A stretch of 64,000 bases of DNA from Candidatus Bathyarchaeota archaeon (lineage in GTDB: Archaea; Thermoproteota; Bathyarchaeia; Bathyarchaeales; Bathycorpusculaceae), in contig JAOZHU010000008.1 in NCBI GenBank assembly GCA_026014705.1, forward strand, positions 17,833 through 81,832. The letters run 5' to 3'. The notes under the pieces are model-generated. The model searched no databases. It saw only the letters and a program-made list of their open reading frames with translations, and was not told the origin of the DNA. Each line of letters begins with the position of its first letter. Position 1 is the first letter of the stretch. The translations under genes were made by a program, and so were the position numbers. Below are positions 56,844 to 64,000 of this stretch, one piece after another.

Positions 56844-58384
56844 ACTTGATTAAAATCAGTAGCGTCCTGATTTTTGCACTTCTGCTTTTAACAGCAACAG
56901 CTCCTAATTTTGCGAAAGCAATAGAGTCACAAACGGTAACCGTTTTTCCTGTTGCTGACGCCATGTGTGACAGCTTTAAACCTGACGAGAATTTCGGGTA
57001 TGCGAGCACTTTTACCGTTGGCGTCCAAGCAGATACGAGCATAAGAAAATATTACGCTAAATTTGACTTGTCAAGCTTCAACCTATCAAACATAATTAGT
57101 GCAAAGCTAAGGTTTTTGCCATTTCAAACGTCAAGCTCCTTCGCGATGGACATACACGAATGCGAAGATTACTGGCAGGAACCTACAATTTGTTGGAATA
57201 ATGCACCGTTCCAACAAAGCAAAGTTGGCGATTGCTGGATTGGCGACACTGGCATATGGTACGAGTTAAACGTTACATCCTTCGTAAAAACAGAATATGA
57301 TAAAGTCTGGAGTGTTGTATTTACTAACCAAACGGCAGTGGCAAACGCGGTAGCCTATTTCTTTAGCCGCGAAGACAGTCAATACTCTCCGAGGCTTATC
57401 ATAGAGTACATTCCACAACAAAGCACGCCTCCATCCGCTTCAGGCGGGCAATGGACATTAACGGGGGTAAGCGGTAACTGGAGCTACTCTACGGATCCAC
57501 TTCTGCTCGCGGGGGAAGGATGGAACGCTTCCCCCGCTTTCGCCAACTTCACCCACGGAAACCTGAACAAGACCTTTGCTGATGGGGAAGGCTTCCAAAT
57601 CAACTTCACCGTCAGCATTCAAGGCAACCGTCGTGAGTGGTGGTGGATTGAAGGCACCAAACGATTCTACTTTAGCCTTGGGATTCACGGTACTAATGAC
57701 GCAGCATATACGTTGTTCTACATTGCGCATGAACAAGGGTTTGCTTGGAGCAGCAGCGAAGCAAAAGTTGGCACACAACAGCAATACAATATTGGCAAGC
57801 CATGGCCGAGCTTGCAGGTTGGCGAAACAGTTGACACAACAGGCGCCGTGTACTATATACAAGTAATCCGTGTCAACGCCACTACGGCTAAAGTTGTATA
57901 TGCCACTAACGTGTTTGGCAACGACTTGGAAATTACTGAAGGCAGCATAAAAACCTTTAACGAAACGCTTACAGTGGATTCGTCAGTTTGGGATAATCCA
58001 GTGCTTAACTTGTACGCTGGTCATGACGGCAGTGGCACCTTTGAGTGCGTTTTTGGCGATGTGTACGTAGGCACCATAACAGGTTTTGAAGATCAAACAC
58101 CAACGCAACTTAACCCTAACCCGTTCCAATGGCTAATCGACGGTTTCAATTTTATTTGGGGTTTGGCTACCATGATAGGCGCCTTTGCAGGCGCGTTTTT
58201 GCCAATTTTGCCATGGATATTCCTGTTTTACGCTTTAGATGTAATAGTGACAAGCGTCCAAGTCGGCAGCGTACAACCAATCGGCAAATTCGCCCTGATG
58301 ATCTGGGAATTCCTGCTCAAGGTATGGTTCGTGCTCGTGCGTATTGGCCAACTCATCTGGGATGCGATAACTTTCTGGACGTGA
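56834..58384 (+). CDS. Putative adhesin/receptor-binding protein: DNRLRE/CBM96-like domain, beta-rich domain, C-terminal membrane region
   Basis: Signal peptide; VADA..DS.KPDENFG, KFDLSS, IISAKL, W.E.TI.WNNAP, FFSRE...PRLIIEY; hydrophobic C-terminus. Confidence 0.78.
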   Translation: MRINLIKISSVLIFALLLLTATAPNFAKAIESQTVTVFPVADAMCDSFKPDENFGYASTFTVGVQADTSIRKYYAKFDLSSFNLSNIISAKLRFLPFQTSSSFAMDIHECEDYWQEPTICWNNAPFQQSKVGDCWIGDTGIWYELNVTSFVKTEYDKVWSVVFTNQTAVANAVAYFFSREDSQYSPRLIIEYIPQQSTPPSASGGQWTLTGVSGNWSYSTDPLLLAGEGWNASPAFANFTHGNLNKTFADGEGFQINFTVSIQGNRREWWWIEGTKRFYFSLGIHGTNDAAYTLFYIAHEQGFAWSSSEAKVGTQQQYNIGKPWPSLQVGETVDTTGAVYYIQVIRVNATTAKVVYATNVFGNDLEITEGSIKTFNETLTVDSSVWDNPVLNLYAGHDGSGTFECVFGDVYVGTITGFEDQTPTQLNPNPFQWLIDGFNFIWGLATMIGAFAGAFLPILPWIFLFYALDVIVTSVQVGSVQPIGKFALMIWEFLLKVWFVLVRIGQLIWDAITFWT

Positions 58385-58388
58385 AAAC

Positions 58389-58907
58389 ATGCCACAAGTG
58401 AAAATGAAACTTGAAATCCGAGACAAAGACCAAACATTCACCACCAAAGCCACATACGACCCAGACACGCATCTGGCAATCGCACAGCGCAAGTTCCGAC
58501 AGCAATTCCCCACCAAATACGTAGTCTCCCCAGACGACATAGTAAAACATATTACAACACGTGGACGGATCGAGTTGAAAGCCGATGTCAGCGTAGAAAC
58601 CCGCCATAGCATTCGCATAGCGCCGAACCCAGATTGGAAATCCATGTCTGACGAGCAGAAAATAGCCACGGAACATAAACCGCCAGATGTGCCAGACAAA
58701 AGCTTCAAAATTGACCTGCACGACCTGAAAACACTATACCAAGAACTCAAAAACATGCTTGACTACTTCACCGAAAGAAGCTACTGGGACAGCTTAATCA
58801 AAAAAGGCAAACTCTCCATAAGCACAATCCTGATCCTGCTCACCGCAGGCGGCGGACTATTCTACCTCATCCGCGACATAATCCTGCCAATCTTCGGAGC
58901 GCACTAA
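58389..58907 (+). CDS. Hypothetical protein with C-terminal TM helix
   Basis: ISTILILLTAGGGLFYLI. Confidence 0.75.
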   Translation: MPQVKMKLEIRDKDQTFTTKATYDPDTHLAIAQRKFRQQFPTKYVVSPDDIVKHITTRGRIELKADVSVETRHSIRIAPNPDWKSMSDEQKIATEHKPPDVPDKSFKIDLHDLKTLYQELKNMLDYFTERSYWDSLIKKGKLSISTILILLTAGGGLFYLIRDIILPIFGAH

Positions 58908-58910
58908 AGC

Positions 58911-59288
58911 ATGGATGACAGCGAGAAAGCGCGACTCAAGAAAGAACTCATGCAGCGCTTAGGACTAAGCACCAAAGAAGAAGCCATAGCCAAATCAGTC
59001 ACCGAACTAACCGACAAAGACAAACTAAAAATGATGACAAACCTGCTTCAAGGCGAGGATGCTTCATTCGCCACGCTCAGCGTCATAGCAGACAGATACA
59101 AGCTGCCATGGCTACGCCAAACCGTAGACGAAAGACTCGAGCTTCGCATGAGCGTGAGCGGGTGGAAAGCCAACCAAATAGTCACGGTAGCAACAGAGAA
59201 AATGAAGGAGATCCGCCGAAGCCTCAGAGACAGGATATTCCATCGTGGCGAGAAAGGCAGCAAATGGCAAGTAGAGGAATTCGAATGA
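58911..59288 (+). CDS. Hypothetical protein (125 aa)
   Basis: Operonic; GGAG RBS. Confidence 0.72.
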   Translation: MDDSEKARLKKELMQRLGLSTKEEAIAKSVTELTDKDKLKMMTNLLQGEDASFATLSVIADRYKLPWLRQTVDERLELRMSVSGWKANQIVTVATEKMKEIRRSLRDRIFHRGEKGSKWQVEEFE

Positions 59289-59374
59289 TAGAGCTACTGG
59301 TGCATTTCTTGATTGGCTTTGTTGTTGGATTCGTTATTGGAATCTCATTGCATCCCATTTCCAAGGGTGATTAA
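59285..59374 (+). CDS. 29-aa single-TM micro-protein
   Basis: MIELLVHFLIGFVVGFVIGISLHPISKGD; GAGG RBS; ATGA overlap. Confidence 0.7.
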   Translation: MIELLVHFLIGFVVGFVIGISLHPISKGD

Positions 59375-59376
59375 AA

Positions 59377-59715
59377 ATGAGTTTTCAACCTAAAAAGAAA
59401 TATGATATCGAGATGCAAACACTCCAAACGCTTAGCCAGAAACTCGCAGCGAAACGGAACGACCTTGCCGACTACGCTTGCAATCTTAACGCTGACAAAC
59501 TCGCAATACTCGACTTGTACATCAAAGCCTATGAAAAAGAGGGTCCTGAATTTACCGACTGGTTGAAAGGCATGCGCGAGCAACTTAAGCTCCAAGGCGA
59601 AGCCTTGTGGATCATGCACGCAGACGTGCTCACAAACCTTGGTTTGAAAGTTGGAAAGACTGGAATGAGGGAGATCAGTGGAAAACGCAGCAATGGTCCA
59701 GACGCCCCAGTATAG
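59377..59715 (+). CDS. Hypothetical helical protein (112 aa)
   Basis: GGTGA RBS; operonic. Confidence 0.7.
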   Translation: MSFQPKKKYDIEMQTLQTLSQKLAAKRNDLADYACNLNADKLAILDLYIKAYEKEGPEFTDWLKGMREQLKLQGEALWIMHADVLTNLGLKVGKTGMREISGKRSNGPDAPV

Positions 59716-60475
59716 TGAAGCGTTAGCTGACATAGTTTCACAGTTTTTTAAACAGTACAAGTATCCCGTCTGCGTCATCTATGGCAACCCCGACACAGGA
59801 AAAAGCGACACCGCCTGCCTATTCGCCGAAATCGCACTCAACGAGAAATGCATAGACTACTTTGCGTCGAATATGAGTACTTATGGTCATGGCGAGAAAA
59901 TTACTTCGTTACAGGATGTCAACTACTGGTTTGCTCATCAAGTCGGAAAGAAACTGTTTATTCTTGATGAAGCTGGAATCCATGATGATACGCGCTCGCC
60001 GCTTAGCGGATTAACCCGCAAGATACGCCACAGCGTCTTTGTGACCCGCAAGTTCTTTGGTCATTGGATCTTCATTCTGCAGGATATCAAGGACTTGGAT
60101 ACTTGGAAAGACAGCGAGCTCACAGGCATGATCGTCAAGAAGCAAGTGTTCGGCAACGAGTTTGTTGCAAAGATCAAGTGCAAGTGGAACGAGGACCTCA
60201 TAACTGTCCGTGACTTCCCGAAAGCCACATTGCCATTTGACACGTTGGATATTGCACCATTCACTCTCGAACGGCAACTCACAGACGAAGAACTGGAGCT
60301 GAAGGGCACGCCGAATAAAGTCGCGTACCTCTATGCGGCGACTGGGAATTTTAGCGTTATTTGTAAGCAGTTGAAGCAGGATACTGGGCAAGAGTGGAAG
60401 CCTATGCAAGTGAAGCGTGCGCTTCAGCAGTACATACGGCAAACCCTGCGAGCACATGAATCGCCTGAAAATTAA
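59678..60475 (+). CDS. P-loop ATPase, Zot/pI (FtsK-HerA superfamily)-like
   Basis: Walker A GNPDTGKS; Walker B LFILDEAG; TRK...HWIFILQ...D; helical C-terminus without a TM segment. Confidence 0.78.
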   Translation: MENAAMVQTPQYSEALADIVSQFFKQYKYPVCVIYGNPDTGKSDTACLFAEIALNEKCIDYFASNMSTYGHGEKITSLQDVNYWFAHQVGKKLFILDEAGIHDDTRSPLSGLTRKIRHSVFVTRKFFGHWIFILQDIKDLDTWKDSELTGMIVKKQVFGNEFVAKIKCKWNEDLITVRDFPKATLPFDTLDIAPFTLERQLTDEELELKGTPNKVAYLYAATGNFSVICKQLKQDTGQEWKPMQVKRALQQYIRQTLRAHESPEN

Positions 60476-60577
60476 AAAACCCGTTAATTAACGCAGTGCG
60501 TAGTGTTGAGGTACCATCTCAAGTTTTGTTAAGTTTTCGGGTTTAGGCGTGGTTTCTCCATGCTTTAGACTAATAAT

Positions 60578-60928
60578 CTAAAGTTCGCTACGTAACAAAG
60601 GACGTTTTTCATGTGAGAATTTGGGGAGTTGCTGTTGACCGCAATAAAGATTTTCAGACATCTTAATTTGCATCTTGGTCTTCTTAGTCAGAGCAGCTCG
60701 CGTAATTGCAGTTCCCTGGGATAGACTATAACTCTTTGCAAAGTTGTTCTTCCGAGTTTGAGTCTTAATCGCTAATGTCCAATGCGGAAGAATTCTTTTT
60801 GTCTCAAGGTATATGTTTGGGTCAGCGACGCATCTCTCACAAGCGAAAGCTTTGACGTATCCGCTGACGCTAGTCAAGCCGATTACTATGCCGTGGTCGC
60901 TGTGGAACCCGCATACGCAGCAGTTCAT
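60578..60928 (-). CDS. Zinc-finger protein
   Basis: MNCCVCG...FACERC; ATGA overlap. Confidence 0.6.
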   Translation of the reverse strand: MNCCVCGFHSDHGIVIGLTSVSGYVKAFACERCVADPNIYLETKRILPHWTLAIKTQTRKNNFAKSYSLSQGTAITRAALTKKTKMQIKMSENLYCGQQQLPKFSHEKRPLLRSEL

Positions 60929-61278
60929 TCCCCGTTCCATCCGATAACCGTACCCGCCAACCGCTCCCAGTGGCGCTCACATAAACCCACCCTTCGTTTG
61001 TCGCCTTTCGCCGTCTTGTACTGCACATAAAGAAGCGGATTCATTTGGCAATCTTTGCATTTGTGATACTCTGCGAGGCGCATGGCATTAAGCGGTCGGC
61101 TAATGTCAGCGCCATCATGCCGCATTGGAAGGTCTCGCTCGTCTGAAATTATATATTTCTCAAGAGCATCGTGTTCTTGATGGACTTTGCATGCTGAAAC
61201 ACGATTTTTTACTTGTACATGTTGTTTTTCCATGACACCAATCAAGCAATTTCCTCCACTAAATTCTTTCAAATTCAC
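60925..61278 (-). CDS. Zinc-finger protein
   Basis: CKDC...LCERHW; start uncertain. Confidence 0.6.
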   Translation of the reverse strand: MNLKEFSGGNCLIGVMEKQHVQVKNRVSACKVHQEHDALEKYIISDERDLPMRHDGADISRPLNAMRLAEYHKCKDCQMNPLLYVQYKTAKGDKRRVGLCERHWERLAGTVIGWNGE

Positions 61279-61368
61279 AAATAGATGCTAATTTTCCATG
61301 AACAGCAAATAAGTGAGCATATGTGAAGTCGCCAAGGCTACACTCTTTTCTTAAAGATATGCCAAGCC

Positions 61369-62279
61369 TCAAACTTTCACCTTCTCTTGTATCTCGCTTA
61401 TACCCTGAAACACACGAGTCCTCAAGTCTACAATCAACGCAGGATTGAAGTAGTGCTGCATGAACACGCTTCCCGTTACCCTGCCATGCAGAAAATCAAT
61501 CTCTTGCTGCTTGAGATACTTTGTCATAAACGTGGCATGTGCCTCACGCACGTCGCTGAACCGCAAAGGTAAAACCCGCTTCGTGCTCGTTTGAATCGTG
61601 AACTTGTTAAGCTGCTTACTTTCCGCTACGTGATACACCAAGTCTTGTGGCACAAATGACACAAATGCCTTTTTCGTATTCCGCAGAAAGAGCTCTTTAA
61701 ACTTGTAATGCTCCAGCACCGCCTTGTCATGCACGTAGTAATCAGCGAGCTTTCGCTCCGCCGCCAACTTAATAACCAAATTGTAAGCCGAAACAGCTTC
61801 AACAAGCCGCAAACCCGTCACCGCTAAAAAGTCCACGAATACAGCAAACTCAGGACGCAACCGCTTCAAATCACGGATCCACTGCCAAATTTCCTCAGGG
61901 TTCTGTATTTTATTTAGTCGCTCAATAAACACATCATCCTTGCTTTTACCTGCCCACTTCAAATTATACTGGGATGCCAACCGCCGCCAATCATCATACT
62001 CACCACGAAACTTGGCCAACGCACTAAGCGAAGCCATAACCAACCGCCGCTTCCCAGCACTAAACCCAAGCAACGCCGACAAATCACGCCCTAAAAAGCA
62101 ATCCTGAAAACTCCGAGCGTAATTCGCCATGTACCGCGCAACATGCGGCTTATGCTTCCCCTCACTCAACAACCACTCTTCAAACTTAACCCAGAACTCC
62201 CAACCGAGGGAGTCGCGAGAACCGCGGGTTTTCGCTTCGCAATCAAGAAGCCGCGGGTTCAAATCCCGCCCGGTCCACT
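61369..62279 (-). CDS. Integrase C-terminal catalytic fragment, int(C), SSV1-type tyrosine recombinase
   Basis: TGLRLVEA, TKK, DVREAHATFM, FLHGR and QHYF motifs; frame begins inside attR with a TAG just outside it. Confidence 0.93.
62236..62279 (+). repeat. attR core (44 bp)
   Basis: Identical to 49082-49125; the 5' half of the tRNA is absent. Confidence 0.97.
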
Positions 62280-62450
62280 ATTTCTGAAGTTCTTGGGGTG
62301 GGTGCTTTTTTCTTTTTTTGTTTGGTGTGTTTTTATTTTGATTCGGATTACGAATCTGAATAAGTAATGTTTATTAAGAATTAAGATTTAATATACAGTT
62401 TGCGTTGCCACAACCAAGTGGCAATGAATCGACTGAAAGAAGGAACCAAC

Positions 62451-62690
62451 ATGAAAAAAGAAACAAACGCCACCGAACCCTACTACTACATAGCCTTAGT
62501 AGTAAAGGGCACAGAAAAACAATACCTAAACCTTCTCAAATACCTCAAAAACCGCAACAAATCCCAAGTAATATACCAATGCAAATCCCTCACCTACCTC
62601 CGCATAGCCAGAGACAACGGCGTCAAAATTCAAGCTGCCCACATCGGACAACAGCTTGAAACTGAAACACAGGGAGGTGCTGCACCATGA
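62451..62690 (+). CDS. Hypothetical protein
   Basis: AGGA RBS; ATGA overlap with the next gene. Confidence 0.6.
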   Translation: MKKETNATEPYYYIALVVKGTEKQYLNLLKYLKNRNKSQVIYQCKSLTYLRIARDNGVKIQAAHIGQQLETETQGGAAP

Positions 62691-63247
62691 AAAACTTCTT
62701 AAGGAATAAGCGAGCTTTAGGCACGTCAGTAGCCAACCTCATCGTCATAACAGCCACTGTGCTACTGTCTCTCACCGTGACAACTTTTGCCATGAACATC
62801 ACCGCAAGTCAAGTGCAGAAAGAAAGCATGTACATTGCAAGCAGCCACATATGGTACGTCAACAGCACCTACAGCATCGGCGCAATAGCCGCCACCAACA
62901 CCGGACCAACCGACATTGTGCTAACAAGACTCGTCATTAAAGGAATGCAATGCGCTTGGAACGGCGAAACAAATTTCGTCGTCTACTGCAAAGAACAGAA
63001 TTCACCCGGCGACCTGCCTTTCGTTGCAAACCTAACCCGAGAAGACAACGTCATAGCCATATCGAACTCCACCTACACTTTCACCGCTACAAGCGAAGGA
63101 TTGACGCTTAAATCAGGCTGGACAATCATGTTCTACATCGTCATACCTGAATGCATAATGGTTTACGACTTGGGTACACCCGTGCGCATAACACTCGCTA
63201 CAACTCAAGCAGTCTACTGCACTGAAACCAATGTCCAAACATCGTAA
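62687..63247 (+). CDS. Archaeal type IV pilin/archaellin-like protein
   Basis: Class III signal peptide (RNKRA|LGTSVANLIVITATVLL); GGAGGT RBS. Confidence 0.75.
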   Translation: MKNFLRNKRALGTSVANLIVITATVLLSLTVTTFAMNITASQVQKESMYIASSHIWYVNSTYSIGAIAATNTGPTDIVLTRLVIKGMQCAWNGETNFVVYCKEQNSPGDLPFVANLTREDNVIAISNSTYTFTATSEGLTLKSGWTIMFYIVIPECIMVYDLGTPVRITLATTQAVYCTETNVQTS

Positions 63248-63272
63248 AAACCACTAACATTCGGCGGAAGAG

Positions 63273-63581
63273 GTGACGACTGTGTGGCTTCTCGCCCTGT
63301 ATGTGTTGCTGCAATTCCTAGACGCAGCAATCACAGTCTACGGAGTCAACGCAGGATTGCTGTCGGAGCTCAACCCGCTGGTTCAGCCAACAAACCTCGC
63401 TCATGTAGCATTAAAGGCATTCGCAACCGTTGTAACAGCGTGGCTGATTTGGTTCGCCTATAAGCGAGCAGTCGCTGCCAACTCGCAAGTGTCCATCCGC
63501 CTTGTCTACGTGGCAACAGCAGGCTTAACGTTGTGGTACGCTTTCGTCGCTGTCCACAACCTCTACCATCTTTTTCTCTAG
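63273..63581 (+). CDS. DUF5658-like membrane protein
   Basis: LDAAIT..G....ELNPL...K...N pattern with 3 TM helices. Confidence 0.75.
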   Translation: MTTVWLLALYVLLQFLDAAITVYGVNAGLLSELNPLVQPTNLAHVALKAFATVVTAWLIWFAYKRAVAANSQVSIRLVYVATAGLTLWYAFVAVHNLYHLFL

Positions 63582-63678
63582 TTCTCTCTAAACCTAAGGC
63601 AAATCAAGATGATTATGCCCCCTTAATGGCGCTCGAGTTTTCAGGGAACTCGAATTACCAAGAAAACAAGAGTCAGAA

Positions 63679-63846
63679 TCATCTAAGTTTCTTGATCTCC
63701 ATAACGAGCGGTTTATGGCAGTTGACACATCTTGTCACAACAAGCTCAAAACCATTCAGTAGGTCAAAGTGGCGCCGCGTGTACTGGCTCTGTTTCGCGT
63801 GGTTACACGTAGCTTGGTTAACCGCAATTATTTGCCTCTCGTCCAT
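63679..63846 (-). CDS. Small CxH...CxxC protein (55 aa)
   Basis: Manual translation MDERQIIAVNQATCNH...RCVNCHKPL. Confidence 0.5.
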   Translation of the reverse strand: MDERQIIAVNQATCNHAKQSQYTRRHFDLLNGFELVVTRCVNCHKPLVMEIKKLR

Positions 63847-64000
63847 TCCCCTTTCCCATAACCGCCTTTGTACGGCTGCGCAAATAACTTTTGTGGAAGA
63901 ATCTTCTATTCAGCGTGCACGCATCTGCACACTACTAACCAGTTGTTAGAGAAATGCAAGATACGCCACTTTCCAAAAACCGCTGAAAGGGGCACTTTCC

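Larger units (their letters stand above)
49082..62279. mobile_element. Integrated virus-like element (13,154 bp excisable unit) in tRNA-Ala(CGC)
   Basis: Perfect 44-bp terminal direct repeat, split tyrosine integrase, RHH/Zn-finger micro-genes, ATPase, and membrane/structural genes. Confidence 0.95.

Noticed and set aside
60476..60577. Packaging-signal hairpin (cgttaattaacg palindrome; aaacccg/cgggttt)
   Set aside because: Short and located between convergent genes, so terminator function or chance explains it equally well.
62236..62279. Second tRNA-Ala gene
   Set aside because: Only the 3' half is present, with no D-arm or 5' acceptor strand; this is attR.
49082..62279. Head-tail provirus or classical fusellovirus
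   Set aside because: No terminase, portal or tail genes were recognised, and no two-helix SSV VP1-like protein was identified; a distant relationship to spindle-shaped or pleomorphic viruses cannot be excluded without profile searches.

Overview
This is an archaeal chromosome segment, most likely Bathyarchaeia (inferred from gene content and family styles, not from a search). Positions 1-49 kb hold housekeeping and surface genes: cbf5, rpl14e, metG, an mtaB-type methylthiotransferase, pantoate kinase/PPAT, rps12, rps7, tuf, xpf, ileS, tRNA-Lys, tRNA-Pro and tRNA-Ala. The main finding is a complete 13,154-bp element integrated in tRNA-Ala(CGC), bounded by a perfect 44-bp att repeat (49082-49125 / 62236-62279). 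It carries an SSV1-style tyrosine integrase gene split by integration. The element has no head-tail or replication genes that I can recognise. It encodes a 35-aa single-helix coat-like protein missed by the ORF track, a secreted protein ending in a paralogous coat-like helix, a Zot/pI-like ATPase, a DNRLRE/CBM96-type adhesin, two putative glycoside hydrolases, four RHH-type domains each with an upstream inverted repeat, and many Cys-rich micro-ORFs. It is therefore a candidate membrane-extruded (inovirus-like) archaeal provirus. Other points of interest are a CdrS-like RHH gene followed by an FtsZ C-terminal-only ORF, and a small GPVADPGPE protein paired with a B12-radical SAM enzyme. All family assignments come from motif recognition by eye; no searches were run.
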